A DNA stretch of 64,000 nucleotides from a candidate division WOR-3 bacterium (GCA_037481815.1 JBBFKX010000002.1:256001-320000), one strand, 5' to 3'; counted from the stretch's first letter, positions 9,300-20,708 are shown. The notes: generated by a model from the sequence alone, not told the origin. Numbers and translations: made by a program.

Positions 9300-10719
9300 A
9301 GTTGAAACTTTTAATTTAAAAAATGTCGAAATAACCGATATTACAGATGACTCAAGGAAAGTGATAAAAGGTTCCCTTTTTGTCGCTTTAAAAGGAAACA
9401 ATTATAATGGAAACCTGTTTATAAAAGATGCTATAAAACAGGGTGCTCTCGCTGTTTTAACAGAAGAAAATCCAAAGGAGAATCTTGATGTCCCAATAAT
9501 TATTTCAAAGGATATCAATAACGATACAAAAAAAATTGCAAAGAAATTCTATGATAACCCTTTCAACAAAATAAAAACGATAGGAGTAACAGGAACAAAT
9601 GGAAAAACAACCACAACATATTTGATTAAATCCATTTTAGATCTAAATTATAAAACTGGGCTTATAGGAACAATAAAAACGATAATAAACAATAAAGAAT
9701 TTGAATCGATCAACACTACACCTAACACATTAACACTGATAAAACTTTTCAAAAACATGGTGGATGAAAAGGTTGATTATGCGGTTATGGAAGTTTCAAG
9801 CCACGGACTCAAATTGAACAGAATAGATGGTATAACCTTTGAGTCAGTCATATTTACAAACCTGACTCAGGATCACCTTGATTTTCATAAAAACATGGAA
9901 GATTATAGAAACTCGAAATTGATACTCTTTTCTCTTGTGAAAGAAAATGGAAGCAGCATAATAAATCTCGATGATCCGAACTCAAAATATTTTGTCGAAT
10001 CATCTAAAGCAAAGAATGTCTTTACCTTTGGAATAAAAAATCGGGACGCAAGATTTCAAATAAAAATTGAAAAGATTTCACTCGATGGTTCAATTTTCAC
10101 GATCGTTGACAAACAAGAAAATAAAAACTATCAAATAAAAACTAAACTCATCGGTGAACCCAATATTTACAATTGTGCATCAGCTTTTCTCACCTGCTAC
10201 TCACTTAAAATTCCTGTGGAAAAAATCAAAGATGGTTTAGAAAAAGCTAATCCTGTAAAAGGAAGATATGAAATATATTATGATAGAAGGGGATTTAAAA
10301 TCATAATCGATTATGCTCATTCTCCGGATTCACTTGAAAGGTTGATAAAAACTGTAAGAAGATTAACCCCGGGAAAAATAATAACAGTTTTCGGATGCGG
10401 TGGAGATCGAGATAAAGAAAAAAGACCAATAATGGGTAAAATAGCATCGCATCTTTCGGATATAGTTGTGTTAACTTCAGATAATCCAAGAAATGAAGAT
10501 CCTAACAGGATAATCGACGATATTATTGAAGGAATAATTGAAAAAAACTACATAGTTGAGGTTAACAGAAAAAATGCTATAAAACTTGCTTTTTCTCATG
10601 CGAGTGAAAACGATTCGATCATTATAGCTGGAAAAGGTCATGAAGATTATCAAATAATTAAGAATAAAAAATACCATTTCGATGACAGTGAAATTGTAAA
10701 AAGTTTTATGAAATCGTAA
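9268..10719 (+). CDS. murE: MurE ligase, meso-DAP type
   Basis: GTNGKTTT, MEVSSH, DHLDFH, DYAH, GCGGDRD, the DNPR specificity motif and AGKGHE. Start taken at ATG 9268. Confidence 0.96.
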   Translation: MELKDLLKDLEVETFNLKNVEITDITDDSRKVIKGSLFVALKGNNYNGNLFIKDAIKQGALAVLTEENPKENLDVPIIISKDINNDTKKIAKKFYDNPFNKIKTIGVTGTNGKTTTTYLIKSILDLNYKTGLIGTIKTIINNKEFESINTTPNTLTLIKLFKNMVDEKVDYAVMEVSSHGLKLNRIDGITFESVIFTNLTQDHLDFHKNMEDYRNSKLILFSLVKENGSSIINLDDPNSKYFVESSKAKNVFTFGIKNRDARFQIKIEKISLDGSIFTIVDKQENKNYQIKTKLIGEPNIYNCASAFLTCYSLKIPVEKIKDGLEKANPVKGRYEIYYDRRGFKIIIDYAHSPDSLERLIKTVRRLTPGKIITVFGCGGDRDKEKRPIMGKIASHLSDIVVLTSDNPRNEDPNRIIDDIIEGIIEKNYIVEVNRKNAIKLAFSHASENDSIIIAGKGHEDYQIIKNKKYHFDDSEIVKSFMKS

Positions 10720-10724
10720 AAATT

Positions 10725-12059
10725 ATGGAAAAAATTAATTTTGAGTTTATCGAAAAAGCAACAAAAGGAAAACCAGTTAACATACAAGATTTTTCAAAAT
10801 TCGTTGAAGATATTTCAACAGATAGTAGAAATATTAAAAAAAACTCACTATTCGTACCAATAAAGGGGGATAGGTTCGATGGTCATGACTTCATTCAGGA
10901 CAGTTTCAACAAAGGTGCAATTTTAACATTAAGCGAAAAGGATCTGAACGGTTTACCATATATAAAAGTGAAAGACACCATATTAGCATTAAATGGTTTA
11001 GCAAGAGAGTATTTAAAAAAATTCAAACCCTTAAAAATAGGAATAACAGGTTCAAATGGAAAAACAACAACAAAAGATATGATCTATTCTGTTATAGATA
11101 ACGATAATAAAATTGCAACAAAAGGTAATACCAATAATCTAATTGGAGTTCCTTTAAACATATTCAGAGTCGACCAAAAAACTAAATATCTAATTCTTGA
11201 GATGGGGATGAATAACAAAGGGGAACTTTCCTTATTGAGTGATACAGTTGGACCCGATATCGTAATAATCACAAACATAAACGAATCACATATAGGAAAT
11301 TTTGAATCTTTCGATCATCTGATCGAAGCTAAATTTGAAATTTTAAAAAATTTCAAAGGGAACCACCCTATCATAATAAATGGTGATAATCCTTACATTT
11401 TAAACAAACTTCCAGGGAATTTAAAACATATCACCTTCGGCTTAAAGAATGAAAATGATGTTTTTCCAGAAAAATTTGAAATCGAGCAAACTTATTCAAA
11501 AATTTTTATAGGTGGAAAGGAATTTAAAATCAACATTCCTGGAATCGGTGGGATACATTCTTTTCTGATTGTTTACACTTTAAAAAAGTTTTTTGAAAAT
11601 CTTATTGAGATTGACCTTGAAAAAGGTCTTGAAGGTTTCTACCCATCAGAAAACAGAATGAACATTATTTCAATAGACAGAATCACAATAATAGATGATT
11701 CATACAATGCGAATCCAGCATCGATGAAAAATGGAATTGAAGTGCTTTCAAAATTCAATTCAAGAAAAATCGCCGTTCTTTCAGATATGCTTGAATTGGG
11801 TAAAGAATCTGAAAGATTACATAAAAAAATTGGGGAGATATTGAACGAAAATAAAATCGATGTACTTTTAACATTTGGAAATTATTCCAAATCGATTAAC
11901 TCAAATTTCATTGGAGAAAAATACCATTTCGATGAAAAGGAAAAACTTTTAGATTTTTTAAAAAGATTTATTAAAGAAGGAGATACGCTACTCGTTAAAG
12001 GTTCGCATCATTTTGAAATGTATGAAATAGTAAAACAGTTAAAGGAATATTTAAAATGA
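10725..12059 (+). CDS. murF: MurF ligase
   Basis: GSNGKTTTKD, NNLIGVPL, LEMGM, DDSYNANP, DMLELG, VKGS. Confidence 0.95.
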   Translation: MEKINFEFIEKATKGKPVNIQDFSKFVEDISTDSRNIKKNSLFVPIKGDRFDGHDFIQDSFNKGAILTLSEKDLNGLPYIKVKDTILALNGLAREYLKKFKPLKIGITGSNGKTTTKDMIYSVIDNDNKIATKGNTNNLIGVPLNIFRVDQKTKYLILEMGMNNKGELSLLSDTVGPDIVIITNINESHIGNFESFDHLIEAKFEILKNFKGNHPIIINGDNPYILNKLPGNLKHITFGLKNENDVFPEKFEIEQTYSKIFIGGKEFKINIPGIGGIHSFLIVYTLKKFFENLIEIDLEKGLEGFYPSENRMNIISIDRITIIDDSYNANPASMKNGIEVLSKFNSRKIAVLSDMLELGKESERLHKKIGEILNENKIDVLLTFGNYSKSINSNFIGEKYHFDEKEKLLDFLKRFIKEGDTLLVKGSHHFEMYEIVKQLKEYLK

Positions 12060-13129
12060 TATCAACTATTTTATCTTACATTTTTCAGGATGTGGCTCTG
12101 TTTAAATATATTACATTCAAAGCTGCCATGTCTTCGATAACATCTCTTTTTTTCATATTCATCTTTGGAAGAAAACTTGTTAACCTTCTGAAAAGGTTTT
12201 CTGTTACTGAAAAGATCAGAGAAGATGGGCCAAAACAACATTTCAAAAAAGAAGGTACTCCAACGATGGGAGGGATAATAATAATTCTCTCTATCTTATT
12301 GGGAACGATTCTTTGGGCTGATCTTTCGAATATCTATATCAGGTTTATTCTGATGATAACTCTTTTATTCTTCATCCTCGGATTTACTGATGATATTTTA
12401 AAGTTTAAAAACAAAAAGGGATTGATACCAAAGTACAAACTTATATTCCAGTTTGTCATCTCAATTCTAATTTTCGTTTTTATAACAAAAAATACCGATT
12501 ATTATGATTTTAAATACCAAACGAATATTCTTTTTATCAAAAACATCCTTGTTAATCTCTCTTTAATGTATCTTCCATTCATCATAATAGTTCTTCTTGG
12601 AACTACAAACGCTGTAAATTTGACAGATGGACTTGATGGTCTCGCTTCCGGAATGCTTGCCATTGTTTTCACATTGTTTGCAATAGTAACCTATATAATG
12701 GGAAACAAAGTGTTCAGTAACTATCTTAACATACTTTACATCAAAAATATTGGAGAACTTTCTGTTTTCATCTTAACATGTGCATCAGCATCACTTGGAT
12801 TCCTATGGTTCAACTCCTATCCTGCTGAAATCTTTATGGGAGATACGGGTTCCATAACACTTGGTGGAATCCTTGCAACCATAGCAATTTTATCGAAACA
12901 GGAAATACTTTTACTGATAGGTGGTGGATTGTTTGCAGTTGAAGCATTATCCTCTTTGATACAGATATACTATTTCAAAATAACCAAAGGAAAAAGATTC
13001 TTCAAAATGGCTCCACTGCATCACCATTTTGAACTTTCTGGAATACCCGAGTCAAAAATAGTCATAAGATTCTGGATCATAACGATCCTTCTTGTGATAA
13101 TAGCTTTAAGCACTCTGAAAGTGAGATGA
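12056..13129 (+). CDS. mraY: Phospho-N-acetylmuramoyl-pentapeptide transferase
   Basis: KEGTPTMGG, NAVNLTDGLDGL, FMGDTGS, MAPLHHHFE. Confidence 0.97.
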   Translation: MISTILSYIFQDVALFKYITFKAAMSSITSLFFIFIFGRKLVNLLKRFSVTEKIREDGPKQHFKKEGTPTMGGIIIILSILLGTILWADLSNIYIRFILMITLLFFILGFTDDILKFKNKKGLIPKYKLIFQFVISILIFVFITKNTDYYDFKYQTNILFIKNILVNLSLMYLPFIIIVLLGTTNAVNLTDGLDGLASGMLAIVFTLFAIVTYIMGNKVFSNYLNILYIKNIGELSVFILTCASASLGFLWFNSYPAEIFMGDTGSITLGGILATIAILSKQEILLLIGGGLFAVEALSSLIQIYYFKITKGKRFFKMAPLHHHFELSGIPESKIVIRFWIITILLVIIALSTLKVR

Positions 13130-13130
13130 T

Positions 13131-14483
13131 ATGAACGAGTTTGAGAATAAAAAAATAGGTATCGTTGGATTTGGAAGAAGTGGACAAAATGTTGCAAAAA
13201 TCTTAAAAGCAAGAGGTGCAAATATCTTTGTTAGTGAAAATAAAAATATGAACATGGACCAGTTAAAAATTATTGCTGATTACAATTTGGATTATGAAAT
13301 AGGACATTCAGAAAAACTTCTTTCAAATGATATTATTGTAATTAGTCCTGGAGTCGATAACAATATTGAAATAATAAAAAAAGCAAGAAATCAAAAAATA
13401 CCAATCTTTTCTGAAATCGAAATAGCATCAAGATTTTTAAAAAATAAAGTTATTGCGATCACAGGAACGAATGGGAAATCAACAACAGCATTTCTAACAT
13501 ATCAACTTTTGAAATTGAATGGGAAAAAAGCATATCTTGGAGGAAACATAAGTCCGGGGAAATCTTTAAGTGAAATTGTAATTGAAAATCCTTCAAAAGA
13601 CGCCATAGTGGTTGTTGAAATATCATCATTTCAACTTGAAAACATTTCAAAATTTTCCCCAAATATAGGAATCATAACATCAATATCAGATGACCATCTT
13701 GATAGATATTCTTCATTTCAAGATTATCTCAACACAAAGTTAAAACTTTTGAAGAGTGTAAAAAAAGATGGTTATAAAATTTTAAATCATGACAACGAAT
13801 TTTTGAGAGTTCAAAAAGATCAAAACACTTTCTTTGTTTCAGTAACAGAGGAACTTGAAAATGGTGGTTTTTTAAATGGTGATAGCGTGGTTATAAGGTT
13901 CAACAGGCAAGAACTAATATTTGATATTAAAAAATTCAATCTTATAGGGATACACAACAAACAGAATTTAATTTTCGCCATTCTTTCAACATTTTTGATT
14001 TCAGATAAAGAACTTAAAATCAACTCTGAAGATTTTTCACAACTAAAAGGGATAGAGCATAGACTTGAATTTGTAGGACAGATAAATAACAAAAAAATCT
14101 ATAACAATTCAATGTGCACAAACCCTGAAGCATTTATCAAATCTGTAGAATCGCTTGGAAACAAACAGATCATAATAGTCGGTGGAAGAAACAAAAACTT
14201 TAATTTTGAATCGATCATAGATACTATAAAACAACATGCTGTATTTGTTGTGGTTATAGGTGAAGTAAGAGATATCCTTATAGAAAAACTTCTCAGAAAT
14301 GGATACAAAAAATTTTATTCTGCAGATTCACTTGATGATGCTGTAAAGAAATCTCTTGAAATCGAAGATGGAGAAATTATAAACTTTTCCCCTGGATTCA
14401 GTTCATTTGATATGTTTAAAGATTTTATTGATAGAGGTAACAAATTTAAGGAAATAGTAAAGAAATATGAGAGACATCCATAA
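13131..14483 (+). CDS. murD: MurD ligase
   Basis: GFGRSG, SPGV, GTNGKST, EISSFQL, DHLDRY, EHRLE, SPGFSSFD. Confidence 0.95.
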   Translation: MNEFENKKIGIVGFGRSGQNVAKILKARGANIFVSENKNMNMDQLKIIADYNLDYEIGHSEKLLSNDIIVISPGVDNNIEIIKKARNQKIPIFSEIEIASRFLKNKVIAITGTNGKSTTAFLTYQLLKLNGKKAYLGGNISPGKSLSEIVIENPSKDAIVVVEISSFQLENISKFSPNIGIITSISDDHLDRYSSFQDYLNTKLKLLKSVKKDGYKILNHDNEFLRVQKDQNTFFVSVTEELENGGFLNGDSVVIRFNRQELIFDIKKFNLIGIHNKQNLIFAILSTFLISDKELKINSEDFSQLKGIEHRLEFVGQINNKKIYNNSMCTNPEAFIKSVESLGNKQIIIVGGRNKNFNFESIIDTIKQHAVFVVVIGEVRDILIEKLLRNGYKKFYSADSLDDAVKKSLEIEDGEIINFSPGFSSFDMFKDFIDRGNKFKEIVKKYERHP

Positions 14484-15534
14484 AATTTATTTTATAGTTT
14501 TGCTACTTTTGATATGTGGACTGGTTATTTTGACTTCTGCTACAACATTTTTGAGTTACCAGAATAAATCCTTTAAGAACAACCCATACTATTTTTTGAC
14601 AAGACAGATATGCTGGGTAATAATTGGGATTTTAGTAGCCATAGTTATAAGTAACATAGATATAAGGAAAATCAACGAGAAAATCTTTTTTTATATTTTG
14701 ATCATATCAATTTTTCTTCTTGTAGTTGTTCTATTCACAAAACCTATAAATGGTGCAAAAAGATGGCTAAGATTTTCTTCATTTTCATTCCAGCCATCAG
14801 AATTCGCTGAACTTGCAATGCTTTTATACGTTTCAAAAAAGTTTTCGAGTGTAAAAAACCAGAAAGATATAATCATACCTATACTCTTTTCTTTTATAGT
14901 AATAGGTTTAATCGCAATAGAACCTAACATATCATACGCTTTAACTCTGATGATAATTTTGATTGTTATAATGATATACAGTGAAATTCCTGCTGGATAT
15001 ACCTTATCAATAATTTTGTTTACGATTTTGTTTTCTCCAATAATAATTTTAAAATACCCACACGCCCTTTTAAGAATAAAAATGTTTTTAAACAAAGTTC
15101 CAGATAATTCACAGATATCCGATTCTGTTCTTGCGATAGCAAACGGTGGACTCTTTGGAAAAGGAATAGGATCTGGACAGATGAAACTCCTGTTTATACC
15201 GGAAATTCAGAGTGATTATATATTTACAACGATCGCAGAGGAGACAGGATTTTTGGGAAGTATCTTTATTATTCTGATATATATTTCACTTTTTAAACTT
15301 GGTAAGGAGATCTCTAAAAAGAATATGTACATTAATAGATTTTTTTACATACTCGCTTTTTCTATTTCTTTTACAATATTTATAAAAGCTATGTTTCATA
15401 TTGCAATATCACTACAAATGTTTCCATCAACAGGAGTTACTCTTCCTTTTATATCATACGGTGGAACATCGATGTTGATAAATCTTATCTTGCTCGGATT
15501 ACTTGTTAATATAGAGAGGTACAATGAGTTTTAA
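14467..15534 (+). CDS. ftsW: SEDS peptidoglycan polymerase FtsW
   Basis: GAKRW, QPSEFA, GGLFGKGIG, AEETG, GVTLPFISYGGTS. Confidence 0.93.
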   Translation: MRDIHKIYFIVLLLLICGLVILTSATTFLSYQNKSFKNNPYYFLTRQICWVIIGILVAIVISNIDIRKINEKIFFYILIISIFLLVVVLFTKPINGAKRWLRFSSFSFQPSEFAELAMLLYVSKKFSSVKNQKDIIIPILFSFIVIGLIAIEPNISYALTLMIILIVIMIYSEIPAGYTLSIILFTILFSPIIILKYPHALLRIKMFLNKVPDNSQISDSVLAIANGGLFGKGIGSGQMKLLFIPEIQSDYIFTTIAEETGFLGSIFIILIYISLFKLGKEISKKNMYINRFFYILAFSISFTIFIKAMFHIAISLQMFPSTGVTLPFISYGGTSMLINLILLGLLVNIERYNEF

Positions 15535-16543
15535 AAAAGAAAATCGAAAAATACTGATCTGTGCCGGAGGAACAGGAGGCCATATAATACCTGCCATAAC
15601 TTTGGGAAAAAATTTGACAGGTTATGATGTTTTTTACATCTGTGGAAACAGAGATATAGAAAGAAAAATTTATAAAACTTTCGATCTTAATCCAACTGTT
15701 CTTGATATAAAATCTTTTAATCCGTTTTCTTACATCTTAAAATTCCCATCTCTGCTGTTCGATTCCCTTAAAATCGTATCATCAATAAATCCGAGAACCG
15801 TAATGATCACAGGAAACTATATTTCATTTTCAGTTGGTCTTGCAGCCTTGTTATTCGGGAAAAAAATTATCATTCTCGAGCAGGATGCTATAATTGGAAA
15901 AACGAACAAAATATTTTCATTTTTCTCATATAAAATTTTTACAGGATTTCCTGCGCCTTTTAGATATGTAAACAACAAAAAAATAATTCATATAGGTCAT
16001 ATACTAAGAGAGAATATTTTTGAATTTTCAAAAGATAACAATCTTATTATCGATTCAACCAAGAAAACGATTCTTATATTTGGTGGGAGCCAGGGTGCAA
16101 AAAATGTCGCAAAAAAAGTTCTGGATTTCCTTTGTCCTTTAAATGAAATTTATAACATAATTCTTGTTGCGGGAAACCATTATGATGATTTTAAAAAATA
16201 CAAAAATATTACAGTGCTTCCATTCTATGAGAATATGGGTTACCTGTATTCGATATCAGATATAGTCATTTCAAGAAGTGGAGCAATTTCGGTTGCTGAA
16301 ATAAAGGCTTTAAATAAAAAAGTGATCTTCATACCTTTCGAAAGTGCATCAAACAAAGAACAGATTATTAACATTAAAAAAATTAATCTTGACCCAAACA
16401 GATTTATAGTGATTAGAGAAAAAAAATTATCAAAAGAAAATTTAATATCTTCTATTGAAAAACTTTTGTCCATTAAAAATGAAAATAAAAGTTTTTATAA
16501 CGATTTGTATAAACAGATCGGGATGGTAAAGCAATATGTTTAG
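15524..16543 (+). CDS. murG: MurG glycosyltransferase
   Basis: GGTGGHI, EQD...GKTN, FGGSQGA, SRSGA. Confidence 0.92.
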   Translation: MSFKKENRKILICAGGTGGHIIPAITLGKNLTGYDVFYICGNRDIERKIYKTFDLNPTVLDIKSFNPFSYILKFPSLLFDSLKIVSSINPRTVMITGNYISFSVGLAALLFGKKIIILEQDAIIGKTNKIFSFFSYKIFTGFPAPFRYVNNKKIIHIGHILRENIFEFSKDNNLIIDSTKKTILIFGGSQGAKNVAKKVLDFLCPLNEIYNIILVAGNHYDDFKKYKNITVLPFYENMGYLYSISDIVISRSGAISVAEIKALNKKVIFIPFESASNKEQIINIKKINLDPNRFIVIREKKLSKENLISSIEKLLSIKNENKSFYNDLYKQIGMVKQYV

Positions 16544-17924
16544 AAATATTGAAAACATTCATTTTGTTGGAATAGGTGGAATAGGAATGAGCGGTATCGC
16601 TGAGGTACTTGCAGGAATGGGTTATAAGATAACTGGATCAGATATTAAAGATTCACCGATCATCCAGCATCTAAGAGATATCGGAATTACCGTTTATATT
16701 GGACACAGATGGGAAAACGTTGTTAATGCTGATGTTGTGGTTTATTCATCCGCTGTAAAGATGGACAATGTTGAACTCGTTTATGCCATAAAAGAAAAAA
16801 TTCCTGTGATACAGAGAGCAGAGATGCTCGCAGAACTCATGAGAATGAAGTTTTCCATAGGTGTTGCTGGGACACATGGAAAAACAACAACAACTTCATT
16901 GATCGCTTCAATTTTTAAAAAAGCAAAACTTGATCCAACATTGATAATCGGTGGACAGGTGAAAATATTTTCCGATTCGAACGCTACACTTGGAAAAGGA
17001 GATTATCTGATAGCAGAAGCGGATGAAAGTGATAAGTCATTTTTAAAATTATTCCCATCCATAGCTGTTATAACCAATATAGATGAAGATCATCTCGATA
17101 ATTATACAGATATAAATGAAATAAAAGAACATTTTGTAAAATTTGCCAACTCTGTTCCCTTCTATGGTTGTGTTGTTATCTGCATAGACGATCTTAACAA
17201 TAATGAGATTATTCCCAAAATTGAAAAGAAAATCATCACCTATGGATTTTTAAGAAAAGCCGATGTAAAAGCAATCAATGTGAAGATGGGAGTTCTAAAC
17301 TCTTCCTATACAATGGTTTTTAAAAACATGCCTATAGGTGAAATCCAGTTAAATATCCCGGGGAAACATAACATTTTAAACTCCCTTGCTGCTGTTTCTG
17401 TTGCGATCGAAATGGGGATACCATACAAAACAATATTTGAGGGAATAAAAGATTTTACAGGTGTAAAAAGACGATTTGAAATCATTTATAAAAATGAAGA
17501 AAAAGATATCTATGTGATTGACGATTATGCACATCATCCGAATGAAATATTTACCGTTATCAGTTCCGCTAAGAATATGGGAGATTATAAACTCATAACG
17601 ATCTTTCAACCACATTTGTATTCAAGAACAATGAAACTTTTAAACCAGTTTGCCGAAATTCTTTCAAAATCTGATATAACCATAGTTACAGATATATATC
17701 CCGCCAGAGAATTACCAATAAAAGGGGTCTCTGGAGCAAATCTTTACGAGGAGATAAAAAAACTTAAAAGTGATGATGTTTACTATGTTGAAGATAAAAA
17801 TAGGATAAAAGATTTTTTAAAAGATTTTATAAATGAAAAAACTGTATTTCTCTTCATCGGTGCAGGAGATATAAACAATTATTCAAGAGCTTTCGTAGAG
17901 GAACTAAAGAATGAAAATCTATAA
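16536..17924 (+). CDS. murC: MurC ligase
   Basis: GIGGIGMSG, GTHGKTTT, EADESD, DDYAHHP, FQPH. Confidence 0.97.
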   Translation: MFRNIENIHFVGIGGIGMSGIAEVLAGMGYKITGSDIKDSPIIQHLRDIGITVYIGHRWENVVNADVVVYSSAVKMDNVELVYAIKEKIPVIQRAEMLAELMRMKFSIGVAGTHGKTTTTSLIASIFKKAKLDPTLIIGGQVKIFSDSNATLGKGDYLIAEADESDKSFLKLFPSIAVITNIDEDHLDNYTDINEIKEHFVKFANSVPFYGCVVICIDDLNNNEIIPKIEKKIITYGFLRKADVKAINVKMGVLNSSYTMVFKNMPIGEIQLNIPGKHNILNSLAAVSVAIEMGIPYKTIFEGIKDFTGVKRRFEIIYKNEEKDIYVIDDYAHHPNEIFTVISSAKNMGDYKLITIFQPHLYSRTMKLLNQFAEILSKSDITIVTDIYPARELPIKGVSGANLYEEIKKLKSDDVYYVEDKNRIKDFLKDFINEKTVFLFIGAGDINNYSRAFVEELKNENL

Positions 17925-18732
17925 AAATTTTGATTTTTCAAAAATATCTTACATCGGTATAGGACCCAGAGGAAAACTATTCGTTGTAGAAAATTCAAAC
18001 GATCTTTTACAAATCAACAGTTCACAAGAGACAAAAGTGCTGGGAAACTGTTCAAAAATTCTTTTTTCTAAAAAAAAATATGGATACACTTTTTATAGAC
18101 TCGGCGGTGACTTTTTAAAAATAGAAAAACTTGATGATGAAAAAATCAGAGTCGGGGGAGGAGTCCTATTTGTTAATTTAATGAACTTTTTGATAAAAGA
18201 GAATCTATCGGGATTTGAAGAACTTGTTGGAATACCGGGAACAATTGGAGGAATGATTAAAATGAATGCTGGGGCTTTTGGAAAAAATATTTCAAACAAC
18301 CTTATTTCCATAGAAACCATCGAAGGTAAAAAGGATAAAAAAGATCTTGTTTTTTCTTATCGAAAATCAAACATAAACTATCCTATCACCTTTGCAGTTT
18401 TCAAATTTGAAAAAAGCAAAAAAACTATAATACTTAAAAATATTGAAGAGTTTGTGAAACTTAGAAGGAAAAACCAACCCAAAGACATCAGGACCCTGGG
18501 TTCAACTTTCAAAAATCCATCTCCTGATCTTCCAGCATGGAAACTTATCGATGAAGTTGGATTAAGAGGTTTTTGTATCAACGATATTTGTGTTTCAGAA
18601 AAACACACAAATTTCATAATCAACAAAGGAAAAGGAGATGGCAAAAGTTTTTTAAAAATGATCTCTTTGATACAGAAAAAAGTTTATGATGAAAAAAAAG
18701 TAAAACTGGAGCTTGAAGTTGAGGTACTATAG
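17911..18732 (+). CDS. murB: UDP-N-acetylmuramate dehydrogenase MurB
   Basis: GIPGTIGG..MNAGA, YRKS, GSTFKNP, KHTNF, LELEV. Confidence 0.93.
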   Translation: MKIYKNFDFSKISYIGIGPRGKLFVVENSNDLLQINSSQETKVLGNCSKILFSKKKYGYTFYRLGGDFLKIEKLDDEKIRVGGGVLFVNLMNFLIKENLSGFEELVGIPGTIGGMIKMNAGAFGKNISNNLISIETIEGKKDKKDLVFSYRKSNINYPITFAVFKFEKSKKTIILKNIEEFVKLRRKNQPKDIRTLGSTFKNPSPDLPAWKLIDEVGLRGFCINDICVSEKHTNFIINKGKGDGKSFLKMISLIQKKVYDEKKVKLELEVEVL

Positions 18733-19453
18733 CGGGAAATACGATCTTCTTCTGAGAGAAAAAGAAAACAAAAAAAGTAAAGGGAAAAAAAGGATTAAAC
18801 GTTTTTTCGTAAAAATCATAAAACTTTTTGTAATTGTAATGTTAATTACACTAACAATTATTTTTATAAAAAATAAATTAATCAATATGAAAATTTTTAA
18901 AGTAAAAGACATAGAATTAAAAGTAGTTAATGAAAAGATTTATCTTGACAGTAAACCTTTTAAAAATATCGTGGGAGAAAATATTTTTAAAATAAAACCT
19001 GAAAAAATCAATGAAATTGTAAATATGAATTATAATGACTTTAAAGTAAAAAATATAAAAAAGAGTTTTCCTTCAAAACTGGAAATCATAGTTTACAGGA
19101 AAATACCTCTTCTTCTGTTGGATAATGATCTTGTGATATACCAGGATATGGAAATAGGCTCAAGCAATAAATACTCTGTAGCAAATTATATATTCGTTGA
19201 AACCGATGAAAAGAATATAAGGTCGCTTTACGATATTCCTGGTCTTCCAACGATTTTCTCCGATCTTATAAGAGAAAAGGATAACATAAAAAAAATATGT
19301 TTTACAGAGAAAGAAATAAAAGTTTACACAAAGAGCAATAAATCGCTAATCATTAATAGAGGTGATAGGATACCAAAGTTAAAAGAATTTGAAAATATCG
19401 AATATAAAATTTTTGATCTAAGATTTAAAAATGGAATATATGTAAAAAAATAA
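18713..19453 (+). CDS. ftsQ: Cell division protein FtsQ/DivIB (start uncertain)
   Basis: Basic N-tail, TM, POTRA-like KSFPSKLEI and C-terminal FDLRF; lies just before ftsA. Confidence 0.75.
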   Translation: MKLRYYSGKYDLLLREKENKKSKGKKRIKRFFVKIIKLFVIVMLITLTIIFIKNKLINMKIFKVKDIELKVVNEKIYLDSKPFKNIVGENIFKIKPEKINEIVNMNYNDFKVKNIKKSFPSKLEIIVYRKIPLLLLDNDLVIYQDMEIGSSNKYSVANYIFVETDEKNIRSLYDIPGLPTIFSDLIREKDNIKKICFTEKEIKVYTKSNKSLIINRGDRIPKLKEFENIEYKIFDLRFKNGIYVKK

Positions 19454-19470
19454 ATAAAAGAGAGGTAAAT

Positions 19471-20694
19471 ATGGTGATCACTGTATTGGATATCGGAACA
19501 TCTACTGTAAAAACACTTATCGCAACACTTGAAGAAGAAAATACAATAAATCTTCGAGGTGTTGGAGAATCCTCGAAACATAAAATGTACAAATCGAAAA
19601 TTACCGATGTAGAATCAACTGTTTCTGCAATAAAAGATTCTATGCTGAAAGCAGAAGTGATGGCAGGTCTAAAACCTGATAACATTTATGCTTCCATCGG
19701 TGGAGTTGAAACAAAAGGTATTACAGGAAAGGGAACGATCGCATTACCGAAACAAAATGCTGTGATAACTGAAGGTGATGTTATTAGGGCTATAAGCCAG
19801 AGCAAGGTTATGTCTATAGGAGACAATCCTATAATACATGTGATCGAAAGGAATTTTACAGTTGACACACAGGAAAACATAAAAAATCCGATTGGACTTA
19901 TTGGGTCAAAACTTTTATGTGAAACCATGTTGATAACTATTCCATCACTTATAATTCAAAATTATAGCAATGTTATAGAGAGAGCTGGTTATCGGGTTGA
20001 GGATTATATTTCACAACATATTGCTGCTTCTTATTCTGTTCTTTCAGAAGAGGAAAAAGAACTTGGGGTTGCATTAATAGATATTGGGGGTGGAACAACA
20101 AAGATTACTATTTTTACCGACTCAGTTATCAGAGAGATCGACACGATAGAAATAGGCGGTATGAATATAACAAAAGATATTTCTATCGGATTAAGATTAA
20201 CAAACAGTGAATCGGAAAATGTTAAAAAGAAATATGGAAGTTGCATCAAAGATAATATAAATCCAGAAGAAAAATTTAAAGTAAAAGGTTTAACAGATAA
20301 TGAAGAAAGAGAGATAAGTTCTCTTGAACTTTATGAAATCATAGCACCAAGGGTTGATGAACTTATAGAGTTTATACAACAATCTTTGGCATCATCACAA
20401 CTTTTTGACAAACTGAATGCGGGACTCGTTTTAACCGGAGGAACAGCAAATCTAAAAGGGATCAAAGAAAGATTCGAAAGAAAAATGAATCTTCCAGTAA
20501 AAATAGGATATCCAAAATTGAATGTAGGAATGTCAGAGCAGATAAAGGATCCTTCATTTGCTGTTGCCTGTGGAATACTGGAGTATGTATCACTCCAATA
20601 TTCAAGTAAAGGATTCTCAGGCAAAAAGAAAGTGAATCTTTCAGCATCTTTTTCAAAAGTTTTTAATACGATAAAAGATCTTTTTAAATTATAA
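19471..20694 (+). CDS. ftsA: Cell division protein FtsA
   Basis: LDIGTS, IDIGGGTT, VLTGG and a C-terminal amphipathic helix; SD GAGG upstream. Confidence 0.96.
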   Translation: MVITVLDIGTSTVKTLIATLEEENTINLRGVGESSKHKMYKSKITDVESTVSAIKDSMLKAEVMAGLKPDNIYASIGGVETKGITGKGTIALPKQNAVITEGDVIRAISQSKVMSIGDNPIIHVIERNFTVDTQENIKNPIGLIGSKLLCETMLITIPSLIIQNYSNVIERAGYRVEDYISQHIAASYSVLSEEEKELGVALIDIGGGTTKITIFTDSVIREIDTIEIGGMNITKDISIGLRLTNSESENVKKKYGSCIKDNINPEEKFKVKGLTDNEEREISSLELYEIIAPRVDELIEFIQQSLASSQLFDKLNAGLVLTGGTANLKGIKERFERKMNLPVKIGYPKLNVGMSEQIKDPSFAVACGILEYVSLQYSSKGFSGKKKVNLSASFSKVFNTIKDLFKL

Positions 20695-20708
20695 AAAGGG
20701 GGAGAAAA

